From NCBI GenBank assembly GCA_963783725.1, contig CAWAOJ010000002.1:1789279-1853278 (forward strand): 64,000 nt of DNA, in the 5' to 3' direction. Positions within the stretch are counted from its first letter, which is position 1, and the number at the start of each line of letters is the position of its first letter. The notes beneath the pieces are model-generated. The model did no database searches and had not been told where the DNA came from. It saw only the letters and a program-made list of their open reading frames with translations. Positions 21,650 through 32,693 of the stretch are shown one piece after another. A program made the translations under genes and the position numbers. This DNA is from an uncultured Chloroflexia bacterium (lineage in GTDB: Bacteria; Chloroflexota; Limnocylindria; QHBO01).

Positions 21650-23876
21650 AGCGCCGATCAGCGACCACGGCCAGGGCTGCGGCCCTGGCAGATCGGTGCC
21701 TGGCGGCGGGTAGCTGCTCAGCGAATCCTCGCGGTACACGTGATCGCGCACCACGCTGAGCTGCTGCGGCCGGCTCGGACGGAGCTCTCCGAGGTAGCCA
21801 GTCAGCGCCGTGTAGCGCGCCTGATCGCAGCCGATCCGCGCGACGGCCTGCAGCGCGTGCAGCGTTGTCAGATCGTAGGGTGTCGCGCGCCTCCGCGGCC
21901 TCAGCCGCGGCCGCGTGCGTCGTCGGCGCGGCCGCGGTCTGCCAGCAGCACCGCGCGCCAGGGCGCGCCCATGTCGGACGAGAGCCGGTTGTCGGCGAGC
22001 GCCAGATCCGACCGTACCGCCGCTGGAAGCAGCGCCGCGCGCGGTCCGATCCGGGTGACGATCGCTTCAACCCGCGACCTCCACCGCCTGTCGCGGGTCC
22101 CCGCGCGGGACCGCGCGTGCGATCAGCTGGCGATCGATGGCAACCGCGATCGCGTACGCATGCGTGGCATCTGCCGTACGCCCCGCTGCAGTCCAGAGCG
22201 CCTGCCCCAGGAGAAGCGAATAACTCGGGTCGAGCACCGTCCGGCGGGCGGCCTCGGTCAGGAGACGGATGCGTTCCGCGCGGACGTTCGTCGGCATTGC
22301 CGGAGCGCGCCCCACGGCCGCGGATCGCCTGGGCTCAGCACGCGCGCCTTCTCGTAGGCGACTGCAGCGCCACCGACGTCGCCGGACTCGACTCGCGCCA
22401 ACCCGAGGCCGAGCCAGTAGCCGGCGTCAGCCGGGTAGGCGTCCGTGGCGGCGCCGAAGCCGGATGCAGCTGCCGTCCAGTCTCCACGCACCGCGGCCTG
22501 CCGCGCCTGATCGGCCGCGAAGCGTGCGCTGTCAATACCGACGACCGACGTGATCACCAGGAGGCCCGCGAGCGCCGAGCGCGGCCGGCATGAGGAGCGC
22601 CGCGAGCTCCCATCAGCCGTCTCGGAACGACGAACCGTTCCTGGAGCCCGGTCATCGGCGCCCGAGTCGGCCACGGCCCAGGCCGCCACCGTCACGACGA
22701 GCACCATCACGGCCGGCAGGGAGCTGAAGTCGTCGAAGCACGACGCCGCCGCGATGCCGACCAGCACGGCCGCCGCTGTGCGGCGGCGTGGATCGGCGAG
22801 ATGCGGTCGGACGGAGGCGGCGAGGACGACCCCGAGTGCGGCGGCTGCCGAGGCGAGGATGAGCCCGCCGTCCGCGATCGTCAGCAACGGGACGCTGTGC
22901 GCGAGCCGCACCTGTAATGGAAAGGTGTAGTCAGGGACCGTCGTCAGTCGAACCCACGAGTAGGTCGAGGGACCACTTCCGGTAATGGGGTGCGCTCGGA
23001 AGATCGCCAACGCCTCACGCCAGATCTCGCCTCGGCCGTCCAGCGCCGAATCGACGACCTGGCCGACGTGGAATGCGACGAAGACAGCAGCTCCGACAGC
23101 GCCGAGGCCGAGCAGCCCCGAGGGCGGGCACAAGCGCGCGTCTTCGCTGCAGCCAGGCGACGACGTTCGCGGGCCGAGGCCCAACCCGAGAAGGCGTCGT
23201 AGGCGACTGCCGCGGCGATCAGGCCGAGCCACCCGGCCCGACCGGCGGAGAGCGGGATCGCGATGGCGGACGCCCCAGCCCAGATCGCGACAAGGATCCG
23301 CCGCCCCGGCCCCGCCGGCTGCCAGCGCAGGAAGGGTATGGCGAGGAGCGAGAGGATCGGGAAGACGTTCGCGGTGCCCCAGATGAAGACCTGGTTCGAT
23401 TCGAGGTTTGGCACCGAGCCGAAGACCGATATCCACGCGATCTTCTCCTGGATCCACCAGACGGCGATCATCACCAACCAGAACACGAGCGCGTAGCTGG
23501 CGGCGACGGCGACGGCGGTGCGCAGTCGCTGGGCGGCGCCGAGGTCGCGCATCGCGAAGAAGGTGAGCGCGTATGCCAGCGCCAGCCCGACCGATTCGAG
23601 CGAACCCTGAACGTCGGCGCTGAACATCGAGACGAGGACCAAGGCGGCCAACCCAGCCAGGATCGCCCAGTCGAGCGCGTTTCGTGGCCCGCGCAGCCTG
23701 AGCGCGGCCCATATGACGAGCGGCGCGACGAACAGGAGCTGCGCCGCGATGCGCAGGGCGGGATAGGTCCCCAGCAGCTCGGAGCCGAAGAATCCGACGA
23801 AGAGCACGGTCCAGAGCTGGAGCGCCAGGACGAGGGCGATCATTCCTCGGCGACGGACGCCGGCAGCGGGGCACAG
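21650..23876 (-). CDS. Wzy_C (O-antigen ligase / PglL-type O-oligosaccharyltransferase-like) membrane protein with C-terminal TPR region; at least 2 apparent frameshifts
   Basis: TM N-terminus from MIALVLALQLWTVLFVGFFGS. Wzy_C core ...SAGRAGWLGLIAAAVAY then (frame switch near 23150) GRGEIWREALAIFRAHPITGSGPSTYSWV...AHSVPLLTIADGGLILAS. TPR-like tail (GDWTAAASGFGAATDAYPADAGYWLGLGLA...), which needs a further frame switch near 22300. The 3' limit is approximate. Confidence 0.55.
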
Positions 23877-23959
23877 GCGAGCTTCACACGCAGGCGGAGA
23901 TCCTCGCCAGCCACCGCCAGCGCCTCGAGCTCGACGCGCTCGCTGCCGTGACGACTCGG

Positions 23960-25700
23960 CCGCCGAGCCACCGCGGGCGACCAGGAGCGCCTCGTGATCG
24001 GTCGGGACCGGCTCCTCGCCGGGGCCGAACAATGTCTCCTCCAGCTTCTCGCCGGGCCGCAGCCCGGTGAAGGTGATCTGGATGTCCTTCGTGCCTCCCG
24101 GCACCGACAGGCGGATGAGGTCGCGCGCGAGGTCGACGATCCGCATCGGTTGGCCCATGTTCAGCACGTGGATGTCGCCCGGGCGGCCGACGGCGCCGGC
24201 AAGCAGGATCAGCCGCACCGCCTCGGGAATCGTCATGAAGTAGCGGGTCATGTCCGGATGCGTCACCGTGACGGGGCCGCCGTCTGCGATCTGCTGCCGG
24301 AAGAGCTCGAGGACCGACCCCTGCGAGCCCATCACGTTGCCGAAGCGGACGAGGACGAACCGCCCGGTGGCGCCGGCGCCGATCTCCTGCACCAGCAGCT
24401 CGCCCATGCGCTTGGTGGCGCCCATGACCGATGACGGGTCCACGGCCTTGTCGGTGCTGATGAAGATGAACGTCTCGGCGTCGTGCCTGGCCGATGCCTC
24501 GGCCACGAGCCGCGTGCCCCGCACGTTGGCGAGCACGGCGGCGCTCGACGTTCGCCTCGGACAGCGGGACGTGCTTCTGGGCCGCGGCGTGGAGGACGAC
24601 CGAGGGCCGTTCGGCTGCGAAGACGCGTTCGAGTGCCGGCTCGTCGGTCACGTCAGCCGAGCACGGCGACGATCTCGACGTCCGGGAAGCGGCGCCGCAG
24701 CTCCTCGTCGATGAAGAAGAGCGGCGTCTCGGCCCGCTCGTAGCAGCACGATGCGGCGCGCGCCCAGCGACGCGACCTGCCGGCACACCTCTGACCCGAT
24801 GCTGCCTCCCGCGCCGGTGACCAGCACGGTCCTGCCAGCGACCAGGCGGCGCATCGGCTCATCCGGAATGGCATGCGGCTCGCGGCGCAACAGGTCCTCG
24901 ACGCGGACCGGGCGGATCTTGTTGACGGTGACGCTCTGGTCGAGCAGCTCCTGGACGCCGGGGAGCGTGCGGACGGCCACGCCGGCGGCTTCGCACAGCG
25001 CGATGACTCTGCGCAGCCGGTCGCCGCCGACATGCGCGGCAGGGCGACGATCACCTCGCTCGACCTCGCGCTCCGCGACGATGCGTGGCAGGTCGTCGCC
25101 GGTCCCGGCCACCTCGATGCCATAGATGCGCTGGCCGCGCTTGCGCGGCGTCGTCGTCCAGGAAGGCAACCGGCTCCAGCCGCAGCGCGCCGGTTGCGCC
25201 GCATCTCGCGAACGAGCATGCGCGCCGGCCTCGCCCGCGCCGTAGATGAGCACCGGACGGGGCGGTCCGGCGAGCATCGGCCACCGCGCCATCGCAGACC
25301 TTCCTGGCGCACGCGCGAGGCGAACCGGATGCCGCCCAGCACCAGGACCGAGAGGATGAACTCGATGATGAGCGCGCTGCGCGGGAAACCCGACGGTGCC
25401 GGGGAAGAGCGGACGGCTGCACGACCACGAAGATGGCAAGGGCCATGACAACGGACCCCGCCGCCAGCGACGAGACCACGAGCGCCACGTCCGACACGGT
25501 CGGGTAGCGCCACACGCGCAGGTAGGCGCCGGCGAGCAGGAAGCCCGCCGGACGGACGATGGCCGCCAGCGGCACGAAGATCCAGTACGTCGCGACGGCC
25601 GCGAACAGGTTGTTGCGGTCGATGCGCAGCCCGACCGCCAGCGCCGCTGCGAGCGCCGGCCAGCGCGGCGTCGAGGAGCATCGGCGCCCCAGCGCGCGCG
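23960..25700 (-). CDS. PglF/WbpM/CapD-like membrane-anchored NDP-sugar 4,6-dehydratase; at least 3 apparent frameshifts
   Basis: N-terminal TM region (ORF 25051..25842). Rossmann VLIYGAGEAG and VLVTGAGGSIGSEVCRQ (ORF 24648..25790). DVTDEPALERVFAAERPSVVLHAAAQKHVPLSE (ORF 23884..24786). C-terminal CapD domain ANVRGTRLVAEASARHDAETFIFISTDKAVDP...GNVMGSQGSV (ORF 22944..24536). Confidence 0.65.
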
Positions 25701-25719
25701 ACGCCAGGCGTTCGCCCAG

Positions 25720-26365
25720 CGTGTATCGGCGCCGAGGGCGGTTCGACCGGCGCTCGGCCGCGCGCGAGGATGCCCGCGAACGTCTTCCACAGGAGGCCGA
25801 TGTCGCGGCGCAGCGAGTAATGGCGCACGTAGTCGAGGTCAAGCGCCAGCTTGGCGTGCATCAGCTCGCGCTGCGTAGACCTCGTCGGGGTCGCCGACCA
25901 GCCGCTCCTCCTCGTCGATATACGCGAGCTGGCTCGGTCCGGTGATGCCCGGGCGCACGCGAAGCACCTCGCGCTCCTCGTCGGTCCACTGCTCGACGTA
26001 CTTGCGGCGCCTCCGGTCGCGGCCCGACCAGCGACATCTGCCCGGCGATCGACGTTCAGGAGCTGCGGCAGCTCGTCGAGCTTCGTGCGGCGCAGCACGG
26101 CCCCGACCCGCGTCACGCGGTAGTCGTACGAGCCGGTGACGGCCGGCCCGACGCGGTCGGCGCCGCGCGCCATGGAGCGGAACTTCCACATCGTGAACTC
26201 GCGGCCGTTGCGGCCCACCCGCCGCGCCCCGTAGACGATCGGTCCGGAGGAGTCGAGCGTCACGGCGAGCGCCACCAGCGCCATGACGGGCAGGACGAGC
26301 ACGAGCGCAACGACGCCCAGAACGACGTCGATGAGGCGCTTCACAGCTGCCTGCCAGGCTTGCAT
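25720..26365 (-). CDS. PglC/WbaP-like polyprenyl-phosphate sugar phosphotransferase (bacterial sugar transferase domain); at least 2 apparent frameshifts
   Basis: KRLIDVVLGVVALVLVLPVMALVALAVTLDSSGPIVYGARRVGRNGREFTMWKFRSM...RTKLDELPQLLNV (ORF 24653..26446, from ATG 26365). RPGITGPSQLAYIDEE...DPDEVY (ORF 25839..26189). Back to LDLDYVRHYSLRRDIGLLWKTFAGIL. Confidence 0.6.
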
Positions 26366-26369
26366 GGGT

Positions 26370-27536
26370 CTAGACGTTGACCGGGTGCCGCGCGGCGTCG
26401 AGGATCTCGAGCAGCGTCGAGGCCACGCGGTCCACCTGCGCGTCACTCATCCCCGGCCAGATGGGCAGCGAGATCGACCGCTCGTAGAGCCGCTCGGCGT
26501 TCGGAAAGTCCCCGACTCGGTAGCCGTAGCGTTCCTGGTACAGCGGGTGAAGATGCAACGGGATGAAATGGACCGATGCGCCGATGCCCACCTCGCCCAG
26601 CGCGTCGATCACCGCTGCCCTATCGAGTCGCAGCGCCTCGAGCTCGAGCCGCACCACGTAGAGATGCCATGCGTGGCGGTCGCCGTCGCGGCGTGGCGGC
26701 AGCTGGACGAGTTCGGAACCAGCGAAGGCGGCGTCGTAGCGAGCCGCGATCGCGGCACGCGCATCGGCCAGCTCGTCGAGGCGCGAGAGCTGGACGAGCC
26801 CGATGGCCGCCGCCAAGTCGGTGAGGTTGTACTTGAAGCCGGGCTCGACGACCTCGTAGAACCACTTCCCGCCGGCGCCGTACCGGTTCCAGGCATCGGC
26901 GCTGATGCCGTGCAGCCGCATGATCGACGCCCGCTGCGGCGATGGCGTCGGAGTCGGTGACCAGCATTCCGCCCTCGCCGCCCGTCGTCATGGACTTGGT
27001 GGCGTAGAAGCTGAACGCGGCCGCGTCGCCCAGACGACCGGTGGGGACGCCGTTCACGGTCGCAGGCAGCGCGTGGGCCGCGTCCTCGACGAACCGCGCG
27101 CTCGGCGCGATTTCTCGCAGCGCGGCGACGTCCACGCCGAGGCCGGCGAAGTGCACGGGCATCACGGCGCGAACCGCATCGGTCAGGACCGCTTCCAGCT
27201 GCGCAGGACCCAGGAGGTAGTCGTCCCCGACGTCCGCCAGCCGCGGTCGCGCGCCCAGATAGGCGCAGACCTCTCCGCATGCGGTGAAGGTGTAGGTGGG
27301 GACGACGACCTCGTCGCCGGGACCGATGCCGACGGCCTCCAGCGCGAGGTGAAGCCCGGCGGTGGCGCTGTTGAGCGCGAGGGCATGCCGGATACCGATG
27401 CGCTCCGCGAACTTCGCCTCCAGCTCGTGCGCCTTCGCGCCGGTCGTCAGCCAGCCGGAGCGCAGCACGTCGACGGCGGCCGCGATCTCGCGGTCGCCGA
27501 TGGAGGGTCGATGGAACGGAATGGCGTCGGAGTTGG
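26370..27536 (-). CDS. DegT/DnrJ/EryC1/StrS (PglE-like) PLP-dependent sugar aminotransferase; apparent frameshift near 26920
   Basis: N-terminal two-thirds in ORF 26620..27747 (IPFHRPSIGDREIAAAVDVLRSGWLTTG...FSFYATKSMTTGEGG), with a possible TTG start at 27536. C-terminal third in ORF 26370..26921 (ADAWNRYGAGGKWFYEVVEPGFKYNLTD...). Confidence 0.75.
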
Positions 27537-27662
27537 TCTTCAATCTCGCTCGGCTCGGCGGCTCTCCGGCGTCGGGCTGGACGTGCGGCCGCAAGTCAAC
27601 AGTAGCCGAAACGAGCAATGCAGTGCGGAGCAGCAAGTTTGCACAGTCACGGGGCGCATTGG

Positions 27663-28406
27663 CTACACGGAACGACGTCGGAAGGCACGGGCGGACCGAA
27701 CGTCGGCCAAATACACCAAGTGGAACGGCCAGTGGCGTCCGCTCCACGACACCGCGAAGCCTGCCTCTCGGAGTAGCTGCTCCCCGAGGGACAAGTCGAA
27801 GACGTGGTGGTGCAAGAAGCGCGTTTCGACGTTCTTTTCGACTTGGGCCCTTAGTTCGTCTGCCGTCAGCGCCGATTCGGCCCGAGCATGGTCATAGAGT
27901 TGGATCGCTTCATCCACGTGTGTTTGATCGTCCTCCGTCATGCCCAGGTCGTGGCGGAGGTGATCCATCGTAGTAACTGGGCGGCGGCGGTCGAAGATCA
28001 GCCGACCATCTGGGATGACCATCACGAGTCTTCCAGAAGGACGCAGCACCCGTCGCCACTCGGTCAACGAGCCGAGCGGGTCCGCCAGGTGCTCGATGAC
28101 GTGCGAGGTCAGAACCGCGTCGTAACACCCATCTTCCATTGAGGATAACTGCGCCGCCTCGCCAATTAGCAATCGTCGGATGGGCACTTTGCGATCACTG
28201 CGATCCGTGTGGCGAATCTCCGTCCAAAGCGTGTCCTCGGCGTAATCCAGCAGATCGACCGATCGAAGCGCGTCATAGAGCGGCAACATCCCGCGTTCAG
28301 CGAAGACCTCACTTGGCCCGCCTATTTCCAGCGCAACCAAGTCACGGAACTGCTCGCGGGCGCCACCTGCTACCGGAAGTCGTGAGGGCCTGATGCGCTC
28401 AAGCAT
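27663..28406 (-). CDS. Class I SAM-dependent methyltransferase
   Basis: LEIGGP...HVIEHLADP...LRPSGRLVMVIPDG Rossmann-fold methyltransferase motifs. The raw ORF extends to 28520, but the likely start is MLERIRP. Confidence 0.65.
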   Translation of the reverse strand: MLERIRPSRLPVAGGAREQFRDLVALEIGGPSEVFAERGMLPLYDALRSVDLLDYAEDTLWTEIRHTDRSDRKVPIRRLLIGEAAQLSSMEDGCYDAVLTSHVIEHLADPLGSLTEWRRVLRPSGRLVMVIPDGRLIFDRRRPVTTMDHLRHDLGMTEDDQTHVDEAIQLYDHARAESALTADELRAQVEKNVETRFLHHHVFDLSLGEQLLREAGFAVSWSGRHWPFHLVYLADVRSARAFRRRSV

Positions 28407-28432
28407 GGCTCGCGCCGCCCACGCAGGGCCAC

Positions 28433-30007
28433 GTGAACGGAGCTTCAAGGCCCACCTTGCGACGGGCGCCCTGCGAGCGTGTCGCTGGCTCGAACAGTAC
28501 GGCGGTTCATGACGTGCCACAGCTAAGTTACCGTTCGCCCGTGTTGCAGTCCCCTGACGCTCACGCTCATCCCGAGGACGGAATTGGATCGCTGAAAGCG
28601 ACCGTCATCGTTGGCACCGGATCGATTGTGACGGTAGGACTCAGCGTCGTAACCGCCAAAGCGTACGCGGTGATCTTGGGCCCGGCGGGAGTGGGCTTGT
28701 ACGGCCTCATGCTGTCAGTGCTCAACCTTGGCGTGATAGTGGTCAGCGTTGGCATGGGGGTCAGTGTGGTCCAGGCGACAGCAGCGGCAGTTGCCGCGAA
28801 GGACTGGAGCCTCGTGCATGCCGTCCGGCGTACGGCACGCATTCTCGCTGTGATTGGTGGGGCGGTTGGCGGCGTGCTGCTGATCGGGCTCCGTGAGCCA
28901 ATAGCTAAGTTGGTGTTAGGCGACGCCACAAAGGATGGCGACGTCGTCATTCTGGCCGGGGCACTGCTTCTGACCGTTGCAGCCGGCGCCCAATTGGCTC
29001 TGCTGACAGGCCTGCACCGTGTCAAGGCGGTGACGCTAGTAAACGTGGCTTCGGCTCTTGTCTCGGCCGGCGCAGGAGTCGCTCTGGTCGCCCTTGTCGG
29101 CATTGCAGCGCTTGCTCCAGCACTGCTCCTGACGGCCGCCGTCCAAGCGGCCCTCTCCGTAGCTGTCAATCGCCGGTCAAGAGAAGCCGGCATCCCAAGC
29201 CCACGCGGCACAACGGCCATCCCCGGCGTCGTCGGCACGCTCGTCCGGAGGGGGGCTCGGATAGCTGCCAGCCAACTTGTCAGCACGGGCGTGCAACTGG
29301 GTGTCCCCGTCATGGTATTGCAGATGCTCGGCACGCAGGAAGTTGGTTACTATCGGGCAGCGGCGACCATTTCAGTCGGTTATCTGACCTTTTTTCTGGC
29401 CAGTTTGACGCAAGACTATCTCCCGAGGATTGCGGGGGCATCGGACAGCGGCGCCATGATTCTGCTCATCGATCGCCGGATGCGTCTTGTCATGAGTCTC
29501 GGCTTGCCGATCATCCTCGGACTCCTTGCGCTTGGTCCGTTGGCCATCCAGCTCCTGTACTCGTCCGCGTTCGCCCCAGCGCTCGATGTCCTTCAGTGGC
29601 AACTGGTCGGCGATATAGTCCGGCTGCCAGCGTGGGTTCTTGCATTCGTTCTGCTCACCGGCGACGGCGGGCCGTACTTTCGCGCGGAACTCACCGGCGG
29701 CATCGCGCTCGCGCTGGGCAGTATTCTGGGGCTAGCAACTCTGGGCCTGACTGGCGCAGGCGTAGGGTATGCGGCAGCCCAGGTCGCCTATTACGCGGTG
29801 CTGTGGATGCTGGTACGGCGCCGTCTTCCGCTGCGGCCGGGTCGTCTGCAGATGGGGCTTCTGCTGACGTCGGCCTTGTGCGCAGCCGTGTTGTTGCTCG
29901 ACGTTGCGACTGTTCCGCGGCTCGTCATCTTTGGCACAGCCACGCTTGCGCTGGCCGCCTACGCCTGGCCGCGCGCGTACCTCCTCCAGAGACGAGGTGA
30001 ACTGTGA
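28433..30007 (+). CDS. Wzx-type polysaccharide/oligosaccharide flippase (polysaccharide biosynthesis protein, MOP superfamily)
   Basis: 524-aa ORF with about 12-14 TM helices and the N-terminal SLKATVIVGTGSIVTVGLSVVTAKAYAVILGPAGVGLYGL typical of Wzx. The true start is probably an internal GTG around 28510-28545, because the first residues overlap the divergent methyltransferase. Confidence 0.75.
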   Translation: MNGASRPTLRRAPCERVAGSNSTAVHDVPQLSYRSPVLQSPDAHAHPEDGIGSLKATVIVGTGSIVTVGLSVVTAKAYAVILGPAGVGLYGLMLSVLNLGVIVVSVGMGVSVVQATAAAVAAKDWSLVHAVRRTARILAVIGGAVGGVLLIGLREPIAKLVLGDATKDGDVVILAGALLLTVAAGAQLALLTGLHRVKAVTLVNVASALVSAGAGVALVALVGIAALAPALLLTAAVQAALSVAVNRRSREAGIPSPRGTTAIPGVVGTLVRRGARIAASQLVSTGVQLGVPVMVLQMLGTQEVGYYRAAATISVGYLTFFLASLTQDYLPRIAGASDSGAMILLIDRRMRLVMSLGLPIILGLLALGPLAIQLLYSSAFAPALDVLQWQLVGDIVRLPAWVLAFVLLTGDGGPYFRAELTGGIALALGSILGLATLGLTGAGVGYAAAQVAYYAVLWMLVRRRLPLRPGRLQMGLLLTSALCAAVLLLDVATVPRLVIFGTATLALAAYAWPRAYLLQRRGEL

Positions 30008-30690
30008 ATGGCGCCACTCGAAAGCCCGAAGCCTATTACGAAGGCGCCCGTTCGGATCTGCTCGATTGGGCTGAGTCGACTGGCCGCCGGGTTCTGGAGA
30101 TCGGCTGTGGGGCCGGCGGCAACGCCCAATGGCTTCGCGGTCACGGGGCTGCGTGGATAGAAGGCGTCGAGCCGGACGTACCAAGCGCCGTGCGGGCCGC
30201 GACACGTTACGACCGCGTTCATCAGTCAACGGTAGAAGAAGCCTTTGATCGCATTGATGGCCCCTTTGACCTCATCATCTGCGCCGACGTGTTGGAGCAC
30301 CTGGTCGATCCTCTCGGCGTCCTCCGCGAACTTCGGTACAAGGCGGATCCGGCATCAGCATTGGTGATCTCAGTCCCAAACGTCCGTCATTACCGTGCCA
30401 TTGCGCGAATCGTCGCCGGTCATGGTTTTCGGCCTGAGGTTTCGGGCGTGTTTGATTCCACCCATCTTCGGTTCTTTACGAGGGCTAACCTTGCCGCGCT
30501 ACTGCTTCGCTCTGGCTGGAGACCCTTGCGATGGGGGTATCCGTCATATACGCGACTCGCCGTGATTCGCTCGATCTTGGGACGCCTGTCTGGCGGCGTG
30601 ACTGACGAGTGGCTAGCAGGGTCTTGGTTCGTCGTCGCGTTTCCGTCGACGCCGGTTAGGTTGGCCCGCTTGCCTCGAGTGGCTAGATAA
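30004..30690 (+). CDS. Class I SAM-dependent methyltransferase
   Basis: GTG start overlapping the flippase stop (GTGA). VLEIGCGAGGNAQWL...LIICADVLEHLVDP motifs. Confidence 0.75.
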   Translation: MNGATRKPEAYYEGARSDLLDWAESTGRRVLEIGCGAGGNAQWLRGHGAAWIEGVEPDVPSAVRAATRYDRVHQSTVEEAFDRIDGPFDLIICADVLEHLVDPLGVLRELRYKADPASALVISVPNVRHYRAIARIVAGHGFRPEVSGVFDSTHLRFFTRANLAALLLRSGWRPLRWGYPSYTRLAVIRSILGRLSGGVTDEWLAGSWFVVAFPSTPVRLARLPRVAR

Positions 30691-30786
30691 TCGGTGCCGT
30701 CTTGAGGCTTCAGTCTTGGCGGGATGCAGTCTGGGTTGTAGTTCCAGAGGTCTGCCGACGGCTTCCGGCTTTCGGGTGCGGCTTTC

Positions 30787-31722
30787 TCAGTAGGCGGGTG
30801 GTTGCCCCGAAATGGCTTTGAATGCCGTGCTCACGGCTTGGCCAAACATCGATGGCCGGCGAAGAGTCACACGGCTCGCGCGCGCGACCCAATAGGCGCC
30901 GATAAGGCCCTCAAACGCCACCCGCTGCACCGGGCCCAGGCGCGGACCGAAGTAACGACGCAGGCCCCAGGTGTAGTCGTGGTAGAGCCGTAGGCGCTCC
31001 AGCGGGTCCCTCGTTCCCACACCTGCGCCGGCGCGGAGGTGGATGCAGCGCACGTCATCGAACACGACGACTCGGCCCACACGATTCAGTCGGTCACACA
31101 ACTCCAGGTCGCTGACGAAGTTGAAATACGCCGCATCCAAGATGCAGCGCCCGGGGGCGGTGCGGCGGCTCAAGATGAAGGCGCCCGGCGGGTCCCAAAC
31201 CTGCGTCACGCCTTGGAACGACTCGTCCAGCATAAGAAAGCGGCGGCCGTGTCGCGTGTTGCGAAACAGCGGTTCGAACAGCAGAATCGGGAGGTCCTTC
31301 ATCGTCGGCAATCGCCGGTAGTAACGCTGCAGCTTGCCGTCGGGGCCAATCAGGTACGCGCTCAGCGCGGCCAGCTCTGGCTCCTCGCGCATATGGGCAA
31401 CCGCGCGCTCCAGTGCATGGGGCTCCAGCTGAGTGTCAGGGTTGAGCATGAGCACGAAGTCGCCCGTGGATCGCTCGAAGGCGAGATTGTTGCCGCCCGT
31501 GTAGGTCGTGTTCTTCTGTTGAGGCAACCATTGCACCCATGGATATGCGCCAGACAGCGATGTGGCATCGAAATCGGTCGAAGCGTTGTCGACGACGATC
31601 GTCTCCACGCGGTCAGCGATGCTACTGGCCGCCACTGAATCAAGGCAATCCCGCAGCAGAGGCGTCGAGTTGTAGTTGACGATGAGGATTGAGAGAACGG
31701 GGTGTCCGCTGTTACGCGCCAT
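30787..31722 (-). CDS. GT2 family glycosyltransferase
   Basis: LSILIVNYNSTPLLRDCLDSV...ETIVVDNAS...GGNNLAF GT-A fold motifs. Confidence 0.8.
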   Translation of the reverse strand: MARNSGHPVLSILIVNYNSTPLLRDCLDSVAASSIADRVETIVVDNASTDFDATSLSGAYPWVQWLPQQKNTTYTGGNNLAFERSTGDFVLMLNPDTQLEPHALERAVAHMREEPELAALSAYLIGPDGKLQRYYRRLPTMKDLPILLFEPLFRNTRHGRRFLMLDESFQGVTQVWDPPGAFILSRRTAPGRCILDAAYFNFVSDLELCDRLNRVGRVVVFDDVRCIHLRAGAGVGTRDPLERLRLYHDYTWGLRRYFGPRLGPVQRVAFEGLIGAYWVARASRVTLRRPSMFGQAVSTAFKAISGQPPAY

Positions 31723-31760
31723 CAGCCGTGTGCTCGTGGGCACGACATCGCAAGATACAC

Positions 31761-32693
31761 ACGATGACGACAGTCTCCGTTCTTGTTGTCTCGTACCGTA
31801 CTCCCGCGCTCGTCATGACCGCGGTCCAGACAGCGAGCCAACTCGCTTCAGTCACGGACGTGGTGGCAGTTGATAACGCTTCCGGTGACGATTCGGTCGA
31901 GTTGCTCAGGGCCGCTGGCGGGAATGTCCACGTGCTCGTGAACGACGCGAATCTGGGATTTGGCGCCGCGGCCAACCGGGCGGCAGCGGCAGCGACCGGT
32001 GACATCTTGATCTTCCTGAATTCGGACGCCGAGTTATCGCAATCTGCCGTTGCCACACTCGTCGAGGCGACGGGGCAACAGCGAGGATGGTGCATCGTGG
32101 GGCCCCGATTGGTCGGTCCAGCGGGTGGCGTCCAGCGCTCGGCCGGATTGCTGCCCCGTCCAGCGGACTTGGCAATTCGCGCGCTCGAATTCCACACCTT
32201 CGCCCTGATTCTTGGTCGAATTCCCCGGATCAGCGGTGTGTTGCAGCGGTCGCGACTGGCACGAGACTATGCAAGTGCTGTCAAAGCCGATGCGCCGATC
32301 GCCACCGATGTGGTCTCCGGTGCGTGCTTCGCGATCGGTAGAGAGGCCTTCAAAGAGCTCGGCGGGTTCGATGAGCGCTTCTTCATGTACTTCGAGGACG
32401 CGGATCTGTGTCGGCGAGCGTCGGCGGCCGGCATGCCTATCCGCTATGTCCCTGACGCGGTCGTGACCCACATCGGTGGCGCGAGCAGCTCGGAGGACTA
32501 CCACTTCGGCCCACTGCACGCGCGCTCGATGCGTCAGTACCTCGGGAAGTGGTACGGGCCGGCGGGATCGGCCTTGGCGATCGTGCTCCTCTGGCTGAGG
32601 GCACTCGGCTTGACCCTGGCACTGCGGCCTGCGGCGCGCCGAGCGTGGCGGGCCCTGTGGGCCGCTGTCACGGACGAGGATCAACGCCGGTGA
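31761..32693 (+). CDS. GT2 family glycosyltransferase
   Basis: VSVLVVSYRTPALVMTAVQ...VVAVDNASGD...GFGAAANR...FMYFEDADLCRR motifs. Divergent from the previous GT2. Confidence 0.8.
   Translation, partial: TMTTVSVLVVSYRTPALVMTAVQTASQLASVTDVVAVDNASGDDSVELLRAAGGNVHVLVNDANLGFGAAANRAAAAATGDILIFLNSDAELSQSAVATLVEATGQQRGWCIVGPRLVGPAGGVQRSAGLLPRPADLAIRALEFHTFALILGRIPRISGVLQRSRLARDYASAVKADAPIATDVVSGACFAIGREAFKELGGFDERFFMYFEDADLCRRASAAGMPIRYVPDAVVTHIGGASSSEDYHFGPLHARSMRQYLGKWYGPAGSALAIVLLWLRALGLTLALRPAARRAWRALWAAVTDEDQRR

Noticed and set aside
22944-24536. Apparent single 530-aa protein fusing a CapD domain to a Wzy-like membrane domain.
   Set aside because: This is an accidental open frame across the boundary of two genes (the C-terminus of the PglF-like gene and the N-terminus of the Wzy_C-TPR gene). 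Domain order and the need for frame switches elsewhere in both genes argue they are separate.
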